A stretch of DNA of 64,000 nt from Octopus vulgaris. Its lineage: Eukaryota. Below are positions 30,001 through 41,699 of the stretch, one piece after another; position 1 is the first letter of the stretch, and each line of letters starts with the position of its first letter. The notes under the pieces are model-generated. The model was given only the letters and a program-made list of their open reading frames with translations. It was not told where the DNA came from and ran no database searches. The stretch is taken from assembly GCA_951406725.2 (NCBI GenBank), contig OX597820.1, positions 8,060,001 to 8,124,000 of the forward strand, in the 5' to 3' direction. Made by a program: the position numbers and the translations under genes.

Positions 30001-33000
30001 TATTAAACATTCCAGAGAGGGGGATTTGAAGGTGAAGGGAGGAAGGGATGGAAGGAATATTAAACATTCCAGAGAGGGGGATTTGAAGGTGAAGGGGAGG
30101 AAGGGATGGAAGGAATATTAAACATTCCAGAGAGGGGGATTTGAAGGTGAAGGGGAGGAAGGGATGGAAGGAATATTAAACATTCCAGAGAGGGGGATTT
30201 GAAGGTGAAGGGGAGGAAGGGATGGAAGGAATATTAAACATTCCAGAGAGGGGGATTTGAAGGTGAAGGGGAGGAAGGGATGGAAGGAATATTGATATTA
30301 ACATTCCAGAGAGGGGGATTTGAAGGTGAAGGGAGGAAGGGATGGAAGGAATATTGAACATTCCAGAGAGGGGGATTTGAAGGTGAAGGGAGGAAGGGAT
30401 GGAAGGAATATTAAACATTCCAGAGAGGGGGATTTGAAGGTGAAGGGGAGGAAGGGATGGAAGGAATATTGAACATTCCAGAGAGGGGGATTTGAAGGTG
30501 AATGGGAGGAAGGGATGGAAGGAATATTGAACATTCCAGAGAGGGGGATTTGAAGGTGAAGGGGAGGAAGGGATGGAAGGAATATTGAACATTCCAGAGA
30601 GGGGGATTTGAAGGTGAAGGGGAGGAAGGGATGGAAGGAATATTGAACATTCCAGAGAGGGGGATTTGAAGGTGAAGGGAGGAGGAAGGGATGGAAGGAA
30701 TATTGAACATTCCAGAGAGGGGGATTTGAAGGTGAAGGGGAGGAAGGAATGGAAGGAATATTAAACATTCCAGAGAGGGGGATTTGAAGGTGAAGGGGAG
30801 GAAGGGATGGAAGGAATATTAAACATTCCAGAGAGGGGGATTTGAAGGTGAAGGGAGGAAGGGATGGAAGGAATATTAAACATTCCAGAGAGGGGGATTT
30901 GAAGGTGAAGGGAGGAAGGGATGGAAGGAATATTGAACATTCCAGAGAGGGGGATTTGAAGGTGAAGGGAGGAAGGGATGGAAGGAATATTGAACATTCC
31001 AGAGAGGGGGATTTGAAGGTGAAGGGAGGAAGGGATGGAAGGAATATTAAACATTCCAGAGAGGGGGATTTGAAGGTGAAGGGGAGGAAGGGATGGAAGG
31101 AATATTAAACATTCCAGAGAGGGGGATTTGAAGGTGAAGGGGAGGAAGGGATGGAAGGAATATTAAACATTCCAGAGAGGGGGATTTGAAGGTGAAGGGG
31201 AGGAAGGGATGGAAGGAATATTGAACATTCCAGAGAGGGGGATTTGAAGGTGAAGGGAGGAAGGGATGGAAGGAATATTAAACATTCCAGAGAGGGGATT
31301 TGAAGGTGAAGGGGAGGAAGGGATGGAAGGAATATTAAACATTCCAGAGAGGGGGATTTGAAGGTGAAGGGAGGAAGGGATGGAAGGAATATTGAACATT
31401 CCAGAGAGGGGGATTTGAAGGTGAAGGGAGGAAGGGATGGAAGGAATATTGAACATTCCAGAGAGGGGGATTTGAAGGTGAAGGGGAGGAAGGGATGGAA
31501 GGAATATTAAACATTCCAGAGAGGGGGATTTGAAGGTGAAGGAGGAAGGAGGAAGTGGAATGGAAGGAATATTAAACATTCCAGAGAGGGGGATTTGAAG
31601 GTGAAGGGAGGAAGGGATGGAAGGAATATTAAACATTCCAGAGAGGGGGATTTGAAGGTGAAGGGGAGGAAGGGATGGAAGGAATATTGAACATTCCAGA
31701 GAGGGGGATTTGAAGGTGAAGGGAGGAAGGGATGGAAGGAATATTAAACATTCCAGAGAGGGGGATTTGAAGGTGAATGGGAGGAAGGGATGGAAGGAAT
31801 ATTGAACATTCCAGAGAGGGGGATTTGAAGGTGAAGGGAGGAAGGGATGGAAGGAATATTAAACATTCCAGAGAGGGGGATTTGAAGGTGAAGGGGAGGA
31901 AGGGATGGAAGGAATATTAAACATTCCAGAGAGGGGGATTTGAAGGTGAAGGGGAGGAAGGGATGGAAGGAATATTAAACATTCCAGAGAGGGGGATTTG
32001 AAGGTGAAGGGAGGAAGGGATGGAAGGAATATTGAACATTCCAGAGAGGGGGATTTGAAGGTGAAGGGGAGGAAGGGATGGAAGGAATATTAAACATTCC
32101 AGAGAGGGGGATTTGAAGGTGAAGGGAGGAAGGGATGGAAGGATGAATATTAATCAGAGAGGGGGATTTGAAGGTGAAGGGGAGGAAGGGATGGAAGGAA
32201 TATTAAACATTCCAGAGAGGGGGATTTGAAGGTGAAGGGAGGAAGGGATGGAAGGAATATTAAACATTCCAGAGAGGGGGATTTGAAGGTGAGGGAGGAA
32301 GGGATGGAAGGAATATTAAACATTCCAGAGAGGGGGATTTGAAGGTGAAGGGAGGAAGGGATGGAAGGAATATTAAACATTCCAGAGAGGGGGATTTGAA
32401 GGTGAAGGGGAGGAAGGGATGGAAGGAATATTAAACATTCCAGAGAGGGGGATTTGAAGGTGAAGGGGAGGAAGGGATGGAAGGAATATTGAACATTCCA
32501 GAGAGGGGGATTTGAAGGTGAAGGGGAGGAAGGGATGGAAGGAATATTAAACATTCCAGAGAGGGGGATTTGAAGGTGAAGGGGAGGAAGGGATGGAAGG
32601 AATATTAAACATTCCAGAGAGGGGGATTTGAAGGTGAAGGGAGGAAGGGATGGAAGGAATATTAAACATTCCAGAGAGGGGGATTTGAAGGTGAAGGGAG
32701 GAAGGGATGGAAGGAATATTAAACATTCCAGAGAGGGGGATTTGAAGGTGAAGGGAGGAAGGGATGGAAGGAATATTAAACATTCCAGAGAGGGGGATTT
32801 GAAGGTGAAGGGGAGGAAGGGATGGAAGGAATATTAAACATTCCAGAGAGGGGGATTTGAAGGTGAAGGGGAGGAAGGGATGGAAGGAATATTAAACATT
32901 CCAGAGAGGGGGATTTGAAGGTGAAGGGGAGGAAGGGATGGAAGGAATATTAAACATTCCAGAGAGGGGGATTTGAAGGTGAAGGGGAGGAAGGGATGGA

Positions 33001-36000
33001 AGGAATATTAAACATTCCAGAGAGGGGGATTTGAAGGTGAAGGGGAGGAAGGGGAGGAAGGAATATTAAACATTCCAGAGAGGGGGATTTGAAGGTGAAG
33101 GGGAGGAAGGGATGGAAGGAATATTAAACATTCCAGAGAGGGGGATTTGAAGGTGAAGGGGAGGAAGGGATGGAAGGAATATTAAACATTCCAGAGAGGG
33201 GGATTTGAAGGTGAAGGGGAGGAAGGGATGGAAGGAATATTAAACATTCCAGAGAGGGGGATTTGAAGGTGAAGGGGAGGAAGGGATGGAAGGAATATTA
33301 AACATTCCAGAGAGGGGGATTTGAAGGTGAAGGGAGGAAGGGATGGAAGGAATATTAAACATTCCAGAGAGGGGGATTTGAAGGTGAAGGGAGGAAGGGA
33401 TGGAAGGAATATTAAACATTCCAGAGAGGGGGATTTGAAGGTGAAGGGGAGGAAGGGATGGAAGGAATATTAAACATTCCAGAGAGGGGGATTTGAAGGT
33501 GAAGGGAGGAAGGGATGGAAGGAATATTAAACATTCCAGAGAGGGGGATTTGAAGGTGAAGGGAGGAAGGGATGGAAGGAATATTAAACATTCCAGAGAG
33601 GGGGATTTGAAGGTGAAGGGGAGGAAGGGATGGAAGGAATATTAAACATTCCAGAGAGGGGGATTTGAAGGTGAAGGGGAGGAAGGGATGGAAGGAATAT
33701 TAAACATTCCAGAGAGGGGGATTTGAAGGTGAATGGGAGGAAGGGAGGAAGGAATGGAAGGAATATTAAACATTCCAGAGAGGGGGATTTGAAGGTGAAT
33801 GGGAGGAAGGGATGGAAGGAATATTAAACATTCCAGAGAGGGGGATTTGAAGGTGAAGGGGAGGAAGGGATGGAAGGAATATTAAACATTCCAGAGAGGG
33901 GGATTTGAAGGTGAAGGGGAGGAAGGGATGGAAGGAATATTAAACATTCCAGAGAGGGGGATTTGAAGGTGAAGGGGAGGAAGGGATGGAAGGAATATTA
34001 AACATTCCAGAGAGGGGGATTTGAAGGTGAAGGGGAGGAAGGGATGGAAGGAATATTGAACATTCCAGAGAGGGGGATTTGAAGGTGAAGGGGAGGAAGG
34101 GATGGAAGGAATATTAAACATTCCAGAGAGGGGGATTTGAAGGTGAAGGTGAGGAAGGGATGGAAGGAATATGAAACATTCCAGAGAGGGGATTTGAAGG
34201 TGAAGGGGAGGAAGGGATGGAAGGAATATTAAACATTCCAGAGAGGGGGATTTGAAGGTGAAGGGAGGAAGGGATGGAAGGAATATTGAACATTCCAGAG
34301 AGGGGGATTTGAAGGTGAAGGGAGGAAGGGATGGAAGGAATATTGAACATTCCAGAGAGGGGGATTTGAAGGTGAAGGGGAGGAAGGGATGGAAGGAATA
34401 TTGAACATTCCAGAGAGGGGGATTTGAAGGTGAAGGGAGGAAGGGATGGAAGGAATATTAAACATTCCAGAGAGGGGGATTTGAAGGTGAAGGGGAGGAA
34501 GGGATGGAAGGAATATTAAACATTCCAGAGAGGGGGATTTGAAGGTGAAGGGGAGGAAGGGATGGAAGGAATATTGAACATTCCAGAGAGGGGGATTTGA
34601 AGGTGAAGGGGAGGAAGGGATGGAAGGAATATTGAACATTCCAGAGAGGGGGATTTGAAGGTGAAGGGGAGGAAGGGATGGAAGGAATATTGAACATTCC
34701 AGAGAGGGGGATTTGAAGGTGAAGGGGAGGAAGGGATGGAAGGAATATTAAACATTCCAGAGAGGGGGATTTGAAGGTGAAGGGGAGGAAGGGATGGAAG
34801 GAATATTGAACATTCCAGAGAGGGGGATTTGAAGGTGAAGGGAGGAAGGGATGGAAGGAATATTAAACATTCCAGAGAGGGGGATTTGAAGGTGAAGGGG
34901 AGGAAGGGATGGAAGGAATATTAAACATTCCAGAGAGGGGGATTTGAAGGTGAAGGGAGGAAGGGATGGAAGGAATATTAAACATTCCAGAGAGGGGGAT
35001 TTGAAGGTGAAGGGGAGGAAGGGATGGAAGGAATATTAAACATTCCAGAGAGGGGGATTTGAAGGTGAAGGGGAGGAAGGGATGGAAGGAATATTAAACA
35101 TTCCAGAGAGGGGGATTTGAAGGTGAAGGGAGGAAGGGATGGAAGGAATATTAAACATTCCAGAGAGGGGGATTTGAAGGTGAAGGGGAGGAAGGGATGG
35201 AAGGAATATTAAACATTCCAGAGAGGGGGATTTGAAGGTGAAGGGGAGGAAGGGATGGAAGGAATATTAAACATTCCAGAGAGGGGGATTTGAAGGTGAA
35301 GGGGAGGAAGGGATGGAAGGAATATTAAACATTCCAGAGAGGGGGATTTGAAGGTGAAGGGGAGGAAGGGATGGAAGGAATATTAAACATTCCAGAGAGG
35401 GGGATTTGAAGGTGAAGGGAGGAAGGGATGGAAGGAATATTAAACATTCCAGAGAGGGGGATTTGAAGGTGAAGGGGAGGAAGGGATGGAAGGAATATTA
35501 AACATTCCAGAGAGGGGGATTTGAAGGTGAAGGGGAGGAAGGGATGGAAGGAATATTAAACATTCCAGAGAGGGGGATTTGAAGGTGAAGGGGAGGAAGG
35601 GATGGAAGGAATATTAAACATTCCAGAGAGGGGGATTTGAAGGTGAAGGGGAGGAAGGGATGGAAGGAATATTAAACATTCCAGAGAGGGGGATTTGAAG
35701 GTGAAGGGAGGAAGGGATGGAAGGAATATTAAACATTCCAGAGAGGGGGATTTGAAGGTGAAGGGGAGGAAGGGATGGAAGGAATATTAAACATTCCAGA
35801 GAGGGGGATTTGAAGGTGAAGGGGAGGAAGGGATGGAAGGAATATTAAACATTCCAGAGAGGGGGATTTGAAGGTGAAGGGAGGAAGGGATGGAAGGAAT
35901 ATTAAACATTCCAGAGAGGGGGATTTGAAGGTGAAGGGGAGGAAGGGATGGAAGGAATATTAAACATTCCAGAGAGGGGGATTTGAAGGTGAGATGGGAG

Positions 36001-39000
36001 GAAGGGAGGAAGGAATATTAAACATTCCAGAGAGGGGGATTTGAAGGTGAAGGGGAGGAGGGATGGAAGGAATATTAAACATTCCAGAGAGGGGGATTTG
36101 AAGGTGAAGGGAGGAAGGGATGGAAGGAATATTAAACATTCCAGAGAGGGGGATTTGAAGGTGAAGGGAGGAAGGGATGGAAGGAATATTGAACATTCCA
36201 GAGAGGGGGATTTGAAGGTGAAGGGGAGGAAGGGATGGAAGGAATATTAAACATTCCAGAGAGGGGATTTGAAGGTGAAGGGAGGAAGGGATGGAAGGAA
36301 TATTAACATTCCAGAGAGGGGATTTGAAGGTGAAGGGAGGAAGGGATGGAAGGAATATTGAACATTCCAGAGAGGGGGATTTGAAGGTGAAGGGGAGGAA
36401 GGGATGGAAGGAATATTAAACATTCCAGAGAGGGGGATTTGAAGGTGAAGGGAGGAAGGGATGGAAGGAATATTAAACATTCCAGAGAGGGGGATTTGAA
36501 GGTGAAGGGGAGGAAGGGATGGAAGGAATATTAAACATTCCAGAGAGGGGGATTTGAAGGTGAAGGGAGGAAGGGATGGAAGAATATTAAACATTCCAGA
36601 GAGGGGGATTTGAAGGTGAAGGGGAGGAAGGGATGGAAGGAATATTGAACATTCCAGAGAGGGGATTTGAAGGTGAAGGGAGGAAGGGATGGAAGGAATA
36701 TTGAACATTCCAGAGAGGGGGATTTGAAGGTGAAGGGGAGGAAGGGATGGAAGGAATATTAACATTCCAGAGAGGGGGATTTGAAGGTGAAGGGAGGAAG
36801 GGATGGAAGGAATATTGAACATTCCAGAGAGGGGGATTTGAAGGTGAAGGGGAGGAAGGGATGGAAGGAATATTGAACATTCCAGAGAGGGGGATTTGAA
36901 GGTGAAGGGAGGAAGGGATGGAAGGAATATTAAACATTCCAGAGAGGGGGATTTGAAGGTGAAGGGGAGGAAGGGATGGAAGGAATATTGAACATTCCAG
37001 AGAGGGGGATTTGAAGGTGAAGGGGAGGAAGGAACGGAAGGATTATTAAACATTCCAGAGTGGGGGATTTGAAGGTGAAGGGAGGAAGGGAGGAAGGAAT
37101 ATTGAACATTCCAGAGAGGGGGATTTGAAGGTGAAGGGGAGGAAGGGATGGAAGGAATATTAAACATTCCAGAGAGGGGGATTTGAAGGTGAAGGGGAGG
37201 AAGGGATGGAAGGAATATTAAACATTCCAGAGAGGGGGATTTGAAGGTGAAGGGGAGGAAGGGATGGAAGGAATATTAAACATTCCAGAGAGGGGGATTT
37301 GAAGGTGAAGGGAGGAAGGGATGGAAGGAATATTAAACATTCCAGAGAGGGGGATTTGAAGGTGAAGGGGAGGAAGGGATGGAAGGAATATTAAACATTC
37401 CAGAGAGGGGGATTTGAAGGTGAAGGGAGGAAGGGATGGAAGGAATATTAAACATTCCAGAGAGGGGGATTTGAAGGTGAAGGGGAGGAAGGGATGGAAG
37501 GAATATTAAACATTCCAGAGAGGGGGATTTGAAGGTGAAGGGGAGGAAGGGATGGAAGGAATATTAAACATTCCAGAGAGGGGGATTTGAAGGTGAAGGG
37601 GAGGAAGGGATGGAAGGAATATTAAACATTCCAGAGAGGGGGATTTGAAGGTGAAGGGAGGAAGGGATGGAAGGAATATTGAACATTCCAGAGAGGGGGA
37701 TTTGAAGGTGAAGGGGAGGAAGGGATGGAAGGAATATTAAACATTCCAGAGAGGGGGATTTGAAGGTGAAGGGGAGGAAGGGATGGAAGGAATATTAAAC
37801 ATTCCAGAGAGGGGGATTTGAAGGTGAAGGGAGGAAGGGATGGAAGGAATATTAAACATTCCAGAGAGGGGGATTTGAAGGTGAAGGGGAGGAAGGGATG
37901 GAAGGAATATTAAACATTCCAGAGAGGGGGATTTGAAGGTGAAGGGGAGGAAGGGATGGAAGGAATATTGAACATTCCAGAGAGGGGGATTTGAAGGTGA
38001 AGGGGAGGAAGGAGGAAGGATGGAAGGAATATTAAACATTCCAGAGAGGGGGATTTGAAGGTGAATGGGAGGAAGGGATGGAAGGAATATTAAACATTCC
38101 AGAGAGGGGAATTTGAAGGTGAAGAGGAGGAAGGGATGGAAGGAATATTAAACATTCCAGAGAGGGGGATTTGAAGGTGAAGGGAGGAAGGGATGGAAGG
38201 AATATTGAAACATTCCAGAGAGGGGGATTTGAAGGTGAAGGGGAGGAAGGGATGGAAGGAATATTAAACATTCCAGAGAGGGGGATTTGAAGGTGAATGG
38301 GAGGAAGGGATGGAAGGAATATTAAACATTCCAGAGAGGGGGATTTGAAGGTGAAGGGGAGGAAGGGATGGAAGGAATATTGAACATTCCAGAGAGGGGG
38401 ATTTGAAGGTGAAGGGGAGGAAGGGATGGAAGGAATATTAAACATTCCAGAGAGGGGGATTTGAAGGTGAAGGGGAGGAAGGGATGGAAGGAATATTGAA
38501 CATTCCAGAGAGGGGGATTTGAAGGTGAAGGGGAGGAAGGGATGGAAGGAATATTAAACATTCCAGAGAGGGGGATTTGAAGGTGAAGGGGAGGAAGGGA
38601 TGGAAGGAATATTAAACATTCCAGAGAGGGGGATTTGAAGGTGAAGGGGAGGAAGGGATGGAAGGAATATTAAACATTCCAGAGAGGGGGATTTGAAGGT
38701 GAAGGGGAGGAAGGGATGGAAGGAATATTAAACATTCCAGAGAGGGGGATTTGAAGGTGAAGGGGAGGAAGGGATGGAAGGAATATTAAACATTCCAGAG
38801 AGGGGGATTTGAAGGTGAAGGGGAGGAAGGGATGGAAGGAATATTAAACATTCCAGAGAGGGGGATTTGAAGGTGAAGGGGAGGAAGGGATGGAAGGAAT
38901 ATTGAACATTCCAGAGAGGGGGATTTGAAGGTGAAGGGAGGAAGGGATGGAAGGAATATTAAACATTCCAGAGAGGGGGATTTGAAGGTGAAGGGGAGGA

Positions 39001-40517
39001 AGGGATGGAAGGAATATTAAACATTCCAGAGAGGGGGATTTGAAGGTGAAGGGAGGAAGGGATGGAAGGAATATTAAACATTCCAGAGAGGGGGATTTGA
39101 AGGTGAAGGGAGGAAGGGATGGAAGGAATATTAAACATTCCAGAGAGGGGGATTTGAAGGTGAAGGGGAGGAAGGGATGGAAGGAATATTGAACATTCCA
39201 GAGAGGGGGATTTGAAGGTGAAGGGGAGGAAGGGATGGAAGGAATATTGAACATTCCAGAGAGGGGGATTTGAAGGTGAAGGGGAGGAAGGGATGGAAGG
39301 AATATTAAACATTCCAGAGAGGGGGATTTGAAGGTGAAGGGGAGGAAGGGATGGAAGGAATATTAAACATTCCAGAGAGGGGGATTTGAAGGTGAAGGGA
39401 GGAAGGGATGGAAGGAATATTAAACATTCCAGAGAGGGGGATTTGAAGGTGAAGGGGAGGAAGGGATGGAAGGAATATTAAACATTCCAGAGAGGGGGAT
39501 TTGAAGGTGAAGGGGAGGAAGGGATGGAAGGAATATTAAACATTCCAGAGAGGGGGATTTGAAGGTGAAGGGAGGAAGGGATGGAAGGAATATTAAACAT
39601 TCCAGAGAGGGGGATTTGAAGGTGAAGGGGAGGAAGGGATGGAAGGAATATTAAACATTCCAGAGAGGGGGATTTGAAGGTGAAGGGGAGGAAGGGATGG
39701 AAGGAATATTGAACATTCCAGAGAGGGGGATTTGAAGGTGAAGGGGAGGAAGGGATGGAAGGAATATTAAACATTCCAGAGAGGGGGATTTGAAGGTGAA
39801 GGGGAGGAAGGAATGGAAGGAATATTAAACATTCCAGAGAGGGGGATTTGAAGGTGAAGGGGAGGAAGGGATGGAAGGAATATTAAACATTCCAGAGAGG
39901 GGGATTTGAAGGTGAAGGGGAGGAAGGAATGGAAGGAATATTAAACATTCCAGAGAGGGGGATTTGAAGGTGAATGGGAAGAAGGGATGGAAGGAATATT
40001 GAACATTCCAGAGAGGGGGATTTGAGGGTGAAGAGGAGGAAGGGATGGAAGGAATATTGAACATTCCAGAGAGGGGGATTTGAAGGTGAAGGGGAGGAAG
40101 GGGAGGAAGGAATATTGAACATTCCAGAGAGGGGGATTTGAAGGTGAAGGGGAGGAAGGAATGGAAGGAATATTAAACATTCCAGAGAGGGGGATTTGAA
40201 GGTGAATGGGAAGAAGGGATGGAAGGAATATTGAACATTCCAGAGAGGGGATTTGAAGGTGAAGGGGAGGAAGGAATGGAAGGAATATTAAACATTCCAG
40301 AGAGGGGGATTTGAAGGTGAATGGGAAGAAGGGATGGAAGGAATATTGAACATTCCAGAGAGGGGGATTTGAAGGTGAAGGGGAGGAAAGAATGGAAGGA
40401 ATATTGAACATTCCAGAGAGGGGGATTTGAGGGTGAAGAGGAGGAAGGGAACAAGGAATATTGAACATTCCAGAGAGGGGGATTTGAAGGTGAAGGGGAG
40501 GAAGGGGAGGAAGGAAT
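1..40517 (+). repeat. Homogeneous satellite domain (~700 monomers, 57/58-bp length variants, A/G dimorphism)
   Basis: Most monomers match the consensus except TATT[A/G]AAC and GAA-GGG versus GAA-GGGG. Substitutions are sparse apart from ~3.1-4.4 kb and ~39.8-40.5 kb. Confidence 0.95.
3133..3199 (+). repeat. 67-bp monomer variant (one extra 9-bp GAAGGnnnn subunit); first of at least nine copies
   Basis: ...GAAGGGGAG GAAGGGGAG GAAGGAATG GAAGGAATATT. Also at 11278-11344, 22152-22218, 33702-33767 (66 bp), 50306-50372, 52449-52515, 56039-56105, 61686-61752 and 63894-63959 (66 bp). Confidence 0.9.
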
Positions 40518-40617
40518 NNNNNNNNNNNNNNNNNNNNNNNNNNNNNNNNNNNNNNNNNNNNNNNNNNNNNNNNNNNNNNNNNNNNNNNNNNNNNNNNNNN
40601 NNNNNNNNNNNNNNNNN
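40518..40617. other. Assembly gap (exactly 100 N)
   Basis: Run of N from 40518 to 40617. A round 100 N is the usual placeholder for a gap of unknown size. Confidence 0.99.
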
Positions 40618-41699
40618 AACATTCCAGAGAGGGGGATTTGAAGGTGAAGGGGAGGAAGGGGAGGAAGGAATATTAAACATTACAGAGAGGGGAATTTGAA
40701 AGTGAAGGGGAGGAAGGGAGGAATGAATATTGAACATTCCAGAGAGGGGGATTTGAAGGTGAAGGGGAGGAAGGGGAGGAAGGAATATTGAACATTCCAG
40801 AGAGGGGAATTTGAAGGTGAAGGCGAGGAAGGGGAGGAAGGAATATTGAACATTCCAGAGAGGGGGATTTGAAGGTGAAGGAGAATAAGGGATGGAAGGA
40901 ATATTGAACATTCCAGAGAGGGGGATTTGAAGGTGAATGGGAAGAAGGGGAGGAAGAAATATTAAACATTCCAGAGAGGGGGATTTGAAGGTGAAGGGTA
41001 GTAGGGATTAAAGGAATATTGAACATTCCAGAGAGGGGGATTTGAAGGTTAATGGGATGAAGGAATGGAAGGAATATTGAACATTCCAGAAAGGGGGATT
41101 TGAAGGTGAAGGAGAGGAAGGGGAGGAAGGAATATTGAACATTCCAGAAAGGGGGATTTGAAGGTGAAGGGGAGGAAGGGGAGGAAGGAATATTAAACAT
41201 TCCAGAAAGAGGGATTTGAAGGTGAAGGGGAGGAAGGGGAGGAAGGAATATTAAACATTCCAGAGAGGGGGATTTGAAGGTGAAGGGGAGGAAGGAATGG
41301 AAGGAATATTGAACATTCCAGAGAGGGGGATTTGAGGGTGAAGATGAGGAAGTGATGGAAGGAATATTGAACATTCCAGAGAGGGGGATTTGAAGGTGAA
41401 GGGGAGGAAGGGGAGGAAGGAATATTGAACATTCCAGAGAGGGGGATTTGAAGGTGAAGGGGAGGAAGGGGAGGATTGAATATTGAACATTCCAGAGAGG
41501 GGGATTTGAAGGTGAAGTGGAGGAAGGGGAGGAAGGAATATTGAACATTCCAGAGAGGGGAATTTGAAGGTGAAGGGGAGAAAGCGGAGGAAGGAATATT
41601 GAACATTCCAGAGAGGGGGATTTGAACGTGAATGGGAAGAAGGGATGCAAGGAATATTAAACATTCCAGAGAGGGGGATTTGAAGGTGAATGGGAAGAA

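Noticed and set aside
1-39780. Short fixed-period higher-order repeat in the 57/58-bp and A/G pattern of the left domain
   Set aside because: No consistent short period was visible by eye, and G-run length is prone to sequencing error. An autocorrelation analysis is needed before any claim.
40173-40911. ORFs spanning the gap
   Set aside because: They are open only because N translates to X.
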